DNA of 64,000 nucleotides from an uncultured Gemmatimonadales bacterium (GTDB taxonomy: Bacteria; Gemmatimonadota; Gemmatimonadetes; Gemmatimonadales; JACORV01). The notes below the pieces were generated by a model, which was given only the letters and a program-made list of their open reading frames with translations, was not told where the DNA came from and searched no databases. The first letter of the stretch is position 1; each line of letters begins with the position of its first letter. The position numbers were made by a program, and so were the translations under genes. Of the stretch, positions 44,412-53,208 are shown in pieces. The DNA lies in NCBI GenBank assembly GCA_963812035.1, contig CAWETG010000010.1:180975-244974 (forward strand), read 5' to 3'.

Positions 44412-44984
44412 TCACTGGAGTCCTTGCAGCTTTCTGACGTAGTTGACCACGTTCCACCGGTCCACGCCGCGGATCTTGTCCCCGTACTTGGGCATGATGC
44501 CGCGGCCCTGCTTGACCATGGCGTAGAGGTACCCGTCGCTGCGCTGCTTGGTCACGTCGAGCGTGAGATCCGGCGGCGGCACGAACTTCGGAACCACCGT
44601 GCCGTCGCCGTGCCCCGCCGGCCCGTGGCACACGATGCAGTACGTGTCGAACAGCAGCTGGCCGCGCTCCAACGATGCCGCACTCGGGGCCACCGGGTTC
44701 TTCACGCTCCGGAGGTCGGTGAGAATGTCGAGCGAGTCCTCGCGCCCGGTGACCGGCACCGTGCCCGGGGCGGGCATCCGCTGTGCGCCATTGCTGAGCG
44801 CGCCCGCCTCGAACGGGCGGACCACGACCTGCTGTTGCATCGTGGTGAACCACGGCACCTTGGCGATGGCATTGTCGAGCGTGGTGCAGCCGGCCCCGCC
44901 CGCGGCGAGGAGCAGCGCCGCGGCGAGCGCGCCCAACCGTGCGCCTGTGCGTCTGTGCGCCTGTGCCCCCCGCCTCTCAGACAT
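44412..44984 (-). CDS. actE: Alternative complex III monoheme cytochrome c lipoprotein ActE
   Basis: Lipobox GGAGC, PAPGTVP, CIVCHG, distal Met in GIMPKYG. Confidence 0.88.
   Translation of the reverse strand: MSERRGAQAHRRTGARLGALAAALLLAAGGAGCTTLDNAIAKVPWFTTMQQQVVVRPFEAGALSNGAQRMPAPGTVPVTGREDSLDILTDLRSVKNPVAPSAASLERGQLLFDTYCIVCHGPAGHGDGTVVPKFVPPPDLTLDVTKQRSDGYLYAMVKQGRGIMPKYGDKIRGVDRWNVVNYVRKLQGLQ
44939..44970. repeat. Four GTGCNCCN-type octamers inside the actE signal-peptide n-region
   Basis: gtgcgcct gtgcgtct gtgcgcct gtgccccc; translated as GAQAHRRTGAR. Confidence 0.8.
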
Positions 44985-45483
44985 CCTTCACCTCTTCCGC
45001 CCCCGTGGCTGCGAAGATCTCGCGCGCCTCCGCCAGCTGCGCGGGCCCGCCGAACGCCACCACGCCGAACTTGTCGTTGCTGAACCGCGGGTCGTAGCCC
45101 GGCGCCCGCCCCAGCTTGGGGAGCCCGGCGAACAGGAACATCGCGGCCACCGTCACGAGCGAGCCGATCAGGATCGTGGTTTCGAAGCCGATCACGATGA
45201 ACGGCGGCCACGACACGATGGGCTTGCCGCCCGTCACCAGCGGCCAGTCGAGCGAGGTCGCGATGGCGAAGAACAGGCCGAATGCCGTGCCGCTCAGCGC
45301 GCCGAACAGGGTGAACAGGCGCACCGGGCTCTCCTTCCTGGCCAGCGCGTCGGCCAACTCCGGCCGCGGCGTCGGGGAGTACACCCGATAATTGGCGTAG
45401 CCGCGTGCCTTGAGCGATTCGATCGCCGCCACCGCACCGTCGAGCCCGCCGAACACCCCCACCACGCCCGTGGCCGCGCTCAT
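44977..45483 (-). CDS. actD: Alternative complex III subunit ActD (DUF3341)
   Basis: VYSPTP, DWPLVTGGKP, FETTIL, YDPRFSNDKF. Confidence 0.88.
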   Translation of the reverse strand: MSAATGVVGVFGGLDGAVAAIESLKARGYANYRVYSPTPRPELADALARKESPVRLFTLFGALSGTAFGLFFAIATSLDWPLVTGGKPIVSWPPFIVIGFETTILIGSLVTVAAMFLFAGLPKLGRAPGYDPRFSNDKFGVVAFGGPAQLAEAREIFAATGAEEVKDV

Positions 45484-46850
45484 CGCCGCCCTCCCGCCCT
45501 CACCGGCGGCGGCAGCGACTCCTTGATCTCGGAGATCGCCACCGACGGGAAGAACTTGATCGCCAGCAGGAACCACATCGCGAACCAGCAGAAGCTGCCG
45601 ATGAGGATGCCCAGCTCGGGCCAGCGCGGCACGTAGTACGACCACTGCCACGGTTCGTACTCGTGCGACAGGCCCGTCACGATGATCACGAACCGCTCGA
45701 ACCACATCCCGATGTTGATGAAGAAGGACATGACGAACAGCGTCGGAATGCTGGTCCGGATCTTCTTGAACCACAGCAGCTGCGGGATGAAGGCGTTGCA
45801 GGTGAGCATGATCCAGGTGGCCCACCAGTACTGGCCGAAGGCGCGGTTGTAGAACGACGACCGCTCGAACGGGTTGCCGCTGTACCACGCGATGAAGTAC
45901 TCGGTGGCGTACGCGTACGCCACGATCGACGCCGTCAGCAGGATCACCTTGGCGAGGCTCTCGAAGTGCCGCACCTGGATGTAGCGCTCGAGGTGAAACG
46001 CCTTGCGCAGCGGCACCAGGATGGTGATGACCATCCCGCAACCGGAGAAGATCGCGCCCGCGACGAAGTAGGGCGCGAAGATCGTGGCGTGCCACCCCGG
46101 CACGATCGCCATCGCGAAGTCCCACGACACCACGCTGTGCACCGAAAGCACCAGCGGGGTCGCGAAGCCGGCGAGGTAGAGGTACATCCGGCCGAAGTGG
46201 TGCCACTCGCGGTCGGATCCCTTCCACCCGAAGGACACCGTGCCGTAGAGCTTCTTGCGCCACCCCGTCGCCTGGTCGCGCACCGCGGCCACGTCGGGGA
46301 TGAGCCCCATCAGCAGGAAGGTCGCCGACACGGTCAGGTAGGTGGAGATGGCGAACACGTCCCACACCAGCGGCGAGCGGAAGTTGGACCACACGCCGCG
46401 GAAGTTCGGGTAGGGGAAGACCCAGTAGGCATACCAGGCACGGCCCAGGTGCAGGACCGGGAAGAGACCGGCGGTCATGACGGCGAACACGGTCATCATC
46501 TCGGCGGTCCGGTACACGGCCGTCCGCCACCCCGAACGGAACAGCAGGAGGATGGCGCTGATCAACGTCCCCGAGTGCGCGATGCCCACCCAGAAGACGA
46601 ACGTGGTGATGTACGTGCCCCAGAAGATCGGCGGCGCGTAGCCGGTGACCCCGAGGCCGTACCGCAGCTGGTAGCCCCAGCAGAAGGCTCCGAACGCCAG
46701 CCCGGCCAGGACGAACGCCATCCCGACGTAGTACTTCCTGCCGGGCGGCCGCAGCGTGGCGATGATGTCCCGCGTGGTCTCCGCGTAGCTGGGCGGCGCC
46801 TCGGCGTGCACCGGAGCGCCGGGCGGGAGCGGGGTCGCGAGGGTCGCCAT
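45480..46850 (-). CDS. actC: Alternative complex III NrfD-like quinol-binding subunit ActC
   Basis: FVFWVGIAHSGTLISA, HLGR, RSPLVWD, PLVLSVHSVVSWDFA, GMWFERFVII. Confidence 0.93.
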   Translation of the reverse strand: MATLATPLPPGAPVHAEAPPSYAETTRDIIATLRPPGRKYYVGMAFVLAGLAFGAFCWGYQLRYGLGVTGYAPPIFWGTYITTFVFWVGIAHSGTLISAILLLFRSGWRTAVYRTAEMMTVFAVMTAGLFPVLHLGRAWYAYWVFPYPNFRGVWSNFRSPLVWDVFAISTYLTVSATFLLMGLIPDVAAVRDQATGWRKKLYGTVSFGWKGSDREWHHFGRMYLYLAGFATPLVLSVHSVVSWDFAMAIVPGWHATIFAPYFVAGAIFSGCGMVITILVPLRKAFHLERYIQVRHFESLAKVILLTASIVAYAYATEYFIAWYSGNPFERSSFYNRAFGQYWWATWIMLTCNAFIPQLLWFKKIRTSIPTLFVMSFFINIGMWFERFVIIVTGLSHEYEPWQWSYYVPRWPELGILIGSFCWFAMWFLLAIKFFPSVAISEIKESLPPPVRAGGRR

Positions 46851-46854
46851 CGCC

Positions 46855-49827
46855 CTAGGCCTCGCCCGGCGCGACCACGCGCTCGAGGTAGGTGATCCCG
46901 GGCTTGGTGTTCAGCATGTCCAGCGCCTGGTAGCCACGCGCATCCTGTTTGAACCGGCTCACCCGGCTGCCGGGATCGCGCGCGTCGCCGAAGACGATCG
47001 CCTCCGCCGGGCAGGTTTGCGCGCAGGCGGGCGTGATGTCACCGTCCGCGAGCTCGCGCTTGCGGACCTTGGCGTCCGTCTGGGCGAAGCGGATGCGCTG
47101 GACACAGAACGTGCACTTCTCCATCACGCCCTTGGTCCGCACCGTCACGTCGGGATTGAGCTGCCAGTTGAGCGGCTCCGGGAACGCGAAGTACGGATCG
47201 CCGACGGTGCCGTAGTCCCACCAGTTGAAGTACCGGACCTTGTAGGGGCAGTTGTTGGCGCAGTACCGCGTGCCGACGCAGCGGTTGTAGATCTGGCCAT
47301 TGAGCCCGTCGGGAGTGTGGTACGCCGCGTACACCGGGCACACGGGCTCGCACGGCGCATTCTCGCACTGCTGGCACAGCATCGGGATCTGGCGCACCTG
47401 CCAGTCGGTTCCGGCCGTGTCGCCCTCGTAGTAGCGCTCCAGGCGGATCCAGGCCATCCCGCGGTGGCGCAGCGTCTGCTCCTCGCCCACCACGGGGAGG
47501 TTGTTCTCCGCGTAACACGCGGTCACGCACGCCTGGCAGCCGGTGCAGCGGGAGAGGTCGATGGTCATCTCCCACTTCGGGTTCTGCTTGGCATACACGC
47601 CGATGTTGGCGCGCTCCCGCTGCGACGCCGCCGCGGCGGCGACCGCCGCGCGCTCGGCGTCGGTCAGCGTCGCTTCCGGAGCGGCCTCGACCTCGCCCTT
47701 GAGCGCGCCGGCCAGGCTCACCGCGCGGGCGATCCCGCGGCCAAGCTGGCGCGCGCTGCCCTCCGTCGTGGCCAGCCGGGTCTGCCGGCCGGTCGCGGCC
47801 AGCGTGACGAAAGTTGAGCAGAACGCGAGCGCCCCGGAGGCATCCAGCGCGTCTGCGCCCAGCAGGTCGAGCGGATTGACGCCGCGGTTCTTCGCATTGC
47901 GGCCGTAGGCGGTGTGTCCCTGCCCGATCGGCATGGCGACGACGTCCGGCCGCACGCCGGGGTAGACGTACACCGGCGCCTCGACCCGGCCGTGCGGGGA
48001 GGTCACCGTCACCACGTCGCCGTTGGCCAGGCGCAGCCGCTGCGCCGTGTCGGGGTGCACCTCGACCCAGCTCTGCCAGGCGATCTTGGTCGCCGCATCC
48101 GGCAGCTCCTGCAGCCACCCCTTGTTGGCGCCGCGTCCGTCGAACAGCGCCGGCGACGGGTAGGCGACCAGCACCAGCGATTCCCCGCCGGCAGCGCCGT
48201 CGAACACCGGCGTCTGATAGGCCATCCGCGCGAAATCGGGGATCAGGCGCACCGCTTTGACGGGCGCAGCTGCGAACTCGCCGCCGTGCTGCAGGGCGTG
48301 GTTCAGCGCGACCGGCTCCATCCCGGCCGCAACCAAATCGCGCGCGGTGGCGGCGCCCCGCCCCACGGACCTGCCGGCCTTGGCCGCGATCGCCAGCAGC
48401 GCGTCGGCCGCCTGCCGCGTGCCGTCAAAGACCGGCGTCATCGCTGGCTGCACGAAGCTCCGCACGCCGGCCGCGGGCTCGACCACGCTCCACTCCTCGA
48501 GCGGCGTGACGTCGGGCAGGATCAGGTCGCACAGCTCGGCGGTTTCGTCGAGCTGGCTCGCCAGTGCCACCTTGAGGTGCACCTTCCTGAACGCGTCGGC
48601 GAAGCCGGCGGCCTTGGGCAGCGTGAACGCCGGGTTCGTCCGGTGTACCAGCGCGACGTCCACCGCGCCGGCCTGCATGGCCGCGACCCACGCCGTGGCG
48701 TCCCGGTAGCGCGAGACCTTCTCCCACGGCGACGCCGCGTGATAGCGCACCGTCCGACCGACGTTGCCGACGACGTAGTTGAGCAGGTTCACCGCAGCCG
48801 CCGTCTGCGTCGCGGCGCGGTGCTGGTTGGCAACGCCGCCCGCCACAGCCAGGCTGGGCCGCGCGGCCGCGAACTCCCGGGCCACCCGTTCGATCACGTT
48901 CTCCCTGACGCCGGCCGCGTCGCCGACCGCCCGCGCCGTGAAGCGGGCCAGGAATCCGCGCACCCGGTCCGCCTCGGCGCCGGCGAGGTCGGCCTTCCCC
49001 TGCCGCACCACGCTGGCCGCGATGCCGAGGGCCAGCAGACCCTCGGTGCCCGGCCTGGGGGCGATCCACTCGTCGGCGCTGTACGCCGTGAGCCCGCGGC
49101 GCGGCTCCACGGCCACGAACTTCGCCATCCGGCCGTCATGGTAGCGGTGCGCCTCGGCGAACTGCCGAGTGTACTCGACCGGCGACAGCCAGGTCTCGAG
49201 GAAGTCCGCGCCGAAGGAGAGCACGTATTGAGCGGACGCGAAGTCGAACTCCGGCACGGCGGCGACGCCGAACGTCAGCCGGCTGGCTTCCCGCAGCGGC
49301 TCGTAGGCGAACGCCTCGTAGCGCAGCCTCCGGCGCGAGCGGAACGCCGCGAGCCACTCGTCGTAGAACGCGTCCAGTGCGCCGCTGTCGGCCCCGGTCA
49401 CCAGTGCCACGCGGTCGGCCCCCGAGGCCGCCGCCGCGCCGAGCGCCGTGGCGATCTCCTGGATGGCCTGGTCCCACGTCACCGGTTCCAGCCCGCGCGC
49501 CGTGCGGCGCCAGGGCTGTTTCAGGCGGTCCGGATCGTACAGCCCCTGCAGCGCCGCCTGGCCGCGCGCGCACAGCCGCCCGTGTCCGACCGGGTGAGCG
49601 GGATTGCCTTCCACCTTGATGGCGCGGGCTTCGCGCGTCTTGACCTGCACGCCGCACCCGGCCGGACACTCGCGGCAGGTGCTGGCGTAGAACTCCGGGA
49701 TGCCGGGGATGAGGTCGTCGGATTCATTGACGTACGGGAGCAGACGCTCGCCGGAGGTGGGCGCGCATCCGGCCGCCACGCCGATGCCCGCCACCCCGGC
49801 CACCTGAAGGAAACGCCTGCGCTCCAT
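46855..49827 (-). CDS. actB: Alternative complex III ActB (molybdopterin oxidoreductase-like domain fused to Fe-S domain), Tat-exported
   Basis: Tat ERRRFL; CRECPAGC; WLQELPD; CTGCQACVTAC, CQQCENAPCEPVCP, CVGTRYCANNCP, MEKCTFC. Confidence 0.92.
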   Translation of the reverse strand: MERRRFLQVAGVAGIGVAAGCAPTSGERLLPYVNESDDLIPGIPEFYASTCRECPAGCGVQVKTREARAIKVEGNPAHPVGHGRLCARGQAALQGLYDPDRLKQPWRRTARGLEPVTWDQAIQEIATALGAAAASGADRVALVTGADSGALDAFYDEWLAAFRSRRRLRYEAFAYEPLREASRLTFGVAAVPEFDFASAQYVLSFGADFLETWLSPVEYTRQFAEAHRYHDGRMAKFVAVEPRRGLTAYSADEWIAPRPGTEGLLALGIAASVVRQGKADLAGAEADRVRGFLARFTARAVGDAAGVRENVIERVAREFAAARPSLAVAGGVANQHRAATQTAAAVNLLNYVVGNVGRTVRYHAASPWEKVSRYRDATAWVAAMQAGAVDVALVHRTNPAFTLPKAAGFADAFRKVHLKVALASQLDETAELCDLILPDVTPLEEWSVVEPAAGVRSFVQPAMTPVFDGTRQAADALLAIAAKAGRSVGRGAATARDLVAAGMEPVALNHALQHGGEFAAAPVKAVRLIPDFARMAYQTPVFDGAAGGESLVLVAYPSPALFDGRGANKGWLQELPDAATKIAWQSWVEVHPDTAQRLRLANGDVVTVTSPHGRVEAPVYVYPGVRPDVVAMPIGQGHTAYGRNAKNRGVNPLDLLGADALDASGALAFCSTFVTLAATGRQTRLATTEGSARQLGRGIARAVSLAGALKGEVEAAPEATLTDAERAAVAAAAASQRERANIGVYAKQNPKWEMTIDLSRCTGCQACVTACYAENNLPVVGEEQTLRHRGMAWIRLERYYEGDTAGTDWQVRQIPMLCQQCENAPCEPVCPVYAAYHTPDGLNGQIYNRCVGTRYCANNCPYKVRYFNWWDYGTVGDPYFAFPEPLNWQLNPDVTVRTKGVMEKCTFCVQRIRFAQTDAKVRKRELADGDITPACAQTCPAEAIVFGDARDPGSRVSRFKQDARGYQALDMLNTKPGITYLERVVAPGEA

Positions 49828-49846
49828 TACGCTCCTCGCCGCTCGG

Positions 49847-50497
49847 CTAGAAGTGGCACGCCGTGCAGTCGCGCGTCACGCCGCGCTGCATGTGGCAGTT
49901 GGTGCACCAGCCCATGTCGCTCGCGTTGCGCACCGGGAAGACCCTCGGCATCTGCTGGATGTTGCCGTGGCACGTCTGGCAGGCGAGTCCGGCCGCCACG
50001 TGGCGCATGTGCGGGAAGTGCGCATACTCGGGGAGCTTGTTGATCCGGACCCACGGAATCGACACGCCCTTCGTGTAGTAGTCCCGCAGCTTCGTGATCT
50101 CCGGGTCCGCGTTCCCCGCCGTGTCGGGTGCCGACGTGACGATGTGGCAGCCCATGCACGTGCTCTCCGACGGGAGATTCACCGTCCACGAATTCGCGGC
50201 GTTGTTGTGGCAGTAGAGACAGGGCATGCGGTACTGGCCGGCGTGGATGTCGTGGCGGTAGAAGATCGGTTGTACCGGCCCCTTGAGGCGCTTGGGGAGT
50301 CTTGGCCACGCTCCGCCCGGGCGCACCCCGTCGAGGCTGGAATACCCGGCCCCCGACGAGCGCGGCACGGCGCTGAACGCCGTGTCGGCGGGCGCGCGCC
50401 GCTCCGCGCCCTGCCCTCTGACCAACGAAACGCCGGCGAGTGCTGCGGACAGACAGAGCAGCGCGCCGCCGGCGAGCAGATAGGTCGAACGCTTCAT
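49847..50497 (-). CDS. actA: Alternative complex III pentaheme cytochrome c ActA
   Basis: PVQPI.Y.H..H; five CxxCH motifs (CLYCH, CMGCH, CQTCH, CTNCH, CTACH). Confidence 0.92.
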   Translation of the reverse strand: MKRSTYLLAGGALLCLSAALAGVSLVRGQGAERRAPADTAFSAVPRSSGAGYSSLDGVRPGGAWPRLPKRLKGPVQPIFYRHDIHAGQYRMPCLYCHNNAANSWTVNLPSESTCMGCHIVTSAPDTAGNADPEITKLRDYYTKGVSIPWVRINKLPEYAHFPHMRHVAAGLACQTCHGNIQQMPRVFPVRNASDMGWCTNCHMQRGVTRDCTACHF

Positions 50498-50552
50498 CCA
50501 AGCCCTATGCAGACGTTGGAGAGCTGCAAGCCGTGTGGGGAGAAGTCGCGAA

Positions 50553-50581
50553 ATTTTACTGCGGCCGGATTCCAATTACAA
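50553..50581 (-). promoter_or_regulatory. sigma70 promoter of the act operon
   Basis: Minus strand TTGTAA-N17-TAAAAT. Confidence 0.7.
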
Positions 50582-50586
50582 GGGCA

Positions 50587-51546
50587 CTATGTGGGCACGT
50601 CGCCTGGCTCCGCACGATCCGCCTCCGACGTGCGCCACACCAGCAGCGCGAACCCGAATACCGCGACCAGCAGGCTGAGGAGCTGGCCCATCGAGAACGG
50701 GCCGAGCACCGTGCCGAGCGGATGGGCCGCGGTGATGAACTGCGGGTCGGGCTGGCGGGTGAACTCGATGAGGAAACGTGCGGCGGCATACAACAGCAGG
50801 AACAGGGCGGCGAGCGTGCCCTCCCGCAGCGTCGCGCGGCGCCGCAGGTAGACCCACCACAGCACCACCCCGATCGTCAGGCCCTCGAGCGCCGCCTCGT
50901 ACAGCTGCGATGGATGGCGGAGCGGCAGCTGCGCCGCCTGCGCCGCCCAGGCGCCGCTCGCGCGCAGCGCGGCGTAGGCGTCGTGCCAGTTCATGCCGCC
51001 CGCCCGGGCGAGGTCGGGAAACAGGGCCTGCGCCGCCGGATCGGTGGGAAACCGCATCGCCCACGGAACGCCCGCCGACGCCACGCGCCCGAACAGCTCG
51101 CCGTTCACGAAGTTCGCGATCCGCACCAGGAAGATGCCCGCCGGCGCGGCCAGCACGAGCCCATCGATGAGGCGCCGCCAGGAAATCTTGCGCCGCCGCG
51201 CAAAGAGCACCGATGCCACCACGACGCCGAGCAGGCCGCCGTGGAACGACAGTCCCCCCTCCCACACCTTGATCAGGTCGAGCGGCCGCACGAACATCCG
51301 CGGATCATAGAACAGCGCGTAGCCCAGACGCCCCCCGAGCAGCACGCCGGCCACCAGCCATCCGATCAGGTCGCTCACCGCCGCAGTGGTGAGCGGCAGA
51401 AACCGGTCGCGCACCATCCGGTCGAGCAGGGCGCCTGCTATGAGGAAACCCGCGAGGTACGCCAGTCCGTACCAGCGGATCGCCAGCGGGCCGAGCTGGA
51501 AAGCCACCGGATTCCATCCGGGAAAGACGATCTCGACGAAGAGCAC
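50587..51546 (-). CDS. lgt: Prolipoprotein diacylglyceryl transferase
   Basis: IRWYGLAY, GGRLGYALFY, WEGGLSFHGG, RIANFVNGELFGR, HPSQLYEAALEG. Confidence 0.96.
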   Translation of the reverse strand: MLFVEIVFPGWNPVAFQLGPLAIRWYGLAYLAGFLIAGALLDRMVRDRFLPLTTAAVSDLIGWLVAGVLLGGRLGYALFYDPRMFVRPLDLIKVWEGGLSFHGGLLGVVVASVLFARRRKISWRRLIDGLVLAAPAGIFLVRIANFVNGELFGRVASAGVPWAMRFPTDPAAQALFPDLARAGGMNWHDAYAALRASGAWAAQAAQLPLRHPSQLYEAALEGLTIGVVLWWVYLRRRATLREGTLAALFLLLYAAARFLIEFTRQPDPQFITAAHPLGTVLGPFSMGQLLSLLVAVFGFALLVWRTSEADRAEPGDVPT

Positions 51547-51685
51547 GCGGCCACCTCACGCAACGCGAACGCGCGCCCCCGACTCCAGGGACGCGCGTGC
51601 GCAAGCTACGAAGGCCGACGCGACGACGCCACCCGGCGCGTTCGCCGTCGTCGCGCGGGTCGGACCCGCCGCCGGCCGCGCCGGG

Positions 51686-52432
51686 TTACTCGGCCAGTGC
51701 CAGCTTGGCGAGCGCCGCTTCCGGCAGGCGGAAGGGAAAGTGGGTGCCGAAGACGAAGCGCTGGCGGCCCACCGTGCGATACAGTGCCGCGAGCTGATCG
51801 TCGGGGGGACCCCATAGCCAGGCAATGTCCCAGTGCAGTCGTTCCGCCTCGCCGGAAGTGGCGCCGAAGTGCACTTCCTCCACGAGCCCGCGGTCGGCGT
51901 TGGTCACCACCAGGCGCAGGGCGCGGTGGCTGCGCACCGCGGCGCGCAGATCGGCGCCGAGCAACTCCGCGGCCCCATCGAGCCGGTGGCGCTGCCGGGC
52001 ATCCTCGATGCGTACCGTGAGGACCAGCCGGAGATCGAGATCCGCGCACCACGCGGCGAGCGCGCGCATCTCCGGGCCTCCCGTGTCGAAGCCGTAGTGG
52101 GCGGGATAGCTCCGCACTGCCGGACACCCCTCGGCCCGGGCGCGCTCCATCTCCCGCTCCCAGCCTGGGTACGTGGGGTTCACCGCCGGCACGGGGAGGA
52201 GCCGCGCGCGGTGCGGCTCGAGCCAGCGCAGCAGCTCGTCGTTGCCCGACGCGACGTCGCGGTAGAAGATGCTCGGCACGTGGCCGACCCAGGCCCGGCC
52301 GATGCCGAGGCGCTCCAGGTCCGCGACCAGACGCTCCGGTGTCGGGTCGGGGAGCCAGCGGAACGGATACGGCCCGACCAGGGCGTTGTGGTCTACAAGG
52401 TCAGGCGGAAGAGCCGCGCGGCGGTCCTCCAT
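51686..52432 (-). CDS. Amidohydrolase-2-like TIM barrel with degenerate metal site
   Basis: DHNALVGPYPFR in place of DxHxH, FVFGTHFP in place of GSD; overlaps the upstream amidohydrolase. Confidence 0.75.
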   Translation of the reverse strand: MEDRRAALPPDLVDHNALVGPYPFRWLPDPTPERLVADLERLGIGRAWVGHVPSIFYRDVASGNDELLRWLEPHRARLLPVPAVNPTYPGWEREMERARAEGCPAVRSYPAHYGFDTGGPEMRALAAWCADLDLRLVLTVRIEDARQRHRLDGAAELLGADLRAAVRSHRALRLVVTNADRGLVEEVHFGATSGEAERLHWDIAWLWGPPDDQLAALYRTVGRQRFVFGTHFPFRLPEAALAKLALAE

Positions 52433-53208
52433 CGGATTCCCTCCAGCGCTTCGGCCTCGAGGTCCATCGCTTCCAGCGCCTGCAACTTCGCCCATCCCGC
52501 GTCCATCGTGAGGTCGGTGCCCCACAGGAGGCGCTCCGGACCCACGCACTCGAGGCACAGCTCGAGCATCCCGCGATCGACGCCGCTGCCCGACAGGTCC
52601 ACCAAGATGTTCGGGACGGTCGCCAGCGCGCGGAGCGAGTGCGCCCAGTCCCCACCGCCGCCGATGTGGCCCAGGATGAAATGCGCGCCGAGGTGCCGCG
52701 CCGCGAGCGCGGCCAGGTCGAGGGCGTCGGAAATTTCCTGGTTCGGCACGTCCCGCACCCGCCGCTGCCAGATGTGCTGCAGCACCGGGACGCCGCGTTC
52801 CGCCGCCAGCGCCGCGACGGGATCCAGCAGCGCGTCGCTCGCCCGGCGGCTGGCGGCCAGCTTGACGCCGATCATCCCCGCCGCGAGGCCGAGCTCGATC
52901 TCGGCGATGGCGTGGTCGGTGTAGTTCGGGTTTACCGTGACGTAGCCGCGGACCAGCCCCGGATGCGCGCGGGCGATCGCGCGCATCGACTCATTCCCGG
53001 CCGACACGTCCGCCGGCGACGGAAAGTACGTCGGCGACGTATGGCCGAAGCTCCCGAGGATCGAGGCCAGGTGCGCCGTGATGCCGAGGCGCGCTCCCGC
53101 GGCGAGGCGACTCGTGTTGCGCTCCGACCAGTCCGACCTCCCGCAACGCTCGTGCAGAAAGTGCGCGTGCACGTCCACCAGCGGGCCGGCAACCGAGGCA
53201 GGTGTCAC
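52393..53208 (-). CDS. Amidohydrolase-2 family metallohydrolase
   Basis: VDVHAH, GVKL, LQHIW, LGHIGGG, LLWGTD. Confidence 0.85.
   Translation of the reverse strand: MTPASVAGPLVDVHAHFLHERCGRSDWSERNTSRLAAGARLGITAHLASILGSFGHTSPTYFPSPADVSAGNESMRAIARAHPGLVRGYVTVNPNYTDHAIAEIELGLAAGMIGVKLAASRRASDALLDPVAALAAERGVPVLQHIWQRRVRDVPNQEISDALDLAALAARHLGAHFILGHIGGGGDWAHSLRALATVPNILVDLSGSGVDRGMLELCLECVGPERLLWGTDLTMDAGWAKLQALEAMDLEAEALEGIRWRTAARLFRLTL

Noticed and set aside
11537-44970. Short repeats as CRISPR arrays
   Set aside because: Units are 7-9 nt in tandem or inverted arrangement without unique spacers, and no cas genes are present.
51619-51655. 10-bp inverted repeat CGCGACGACG/CGTCGTCGCG upstream of lgt
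   Set aside because: Long loop and no U-tract; could be a weak terminator or chance at this GC content.
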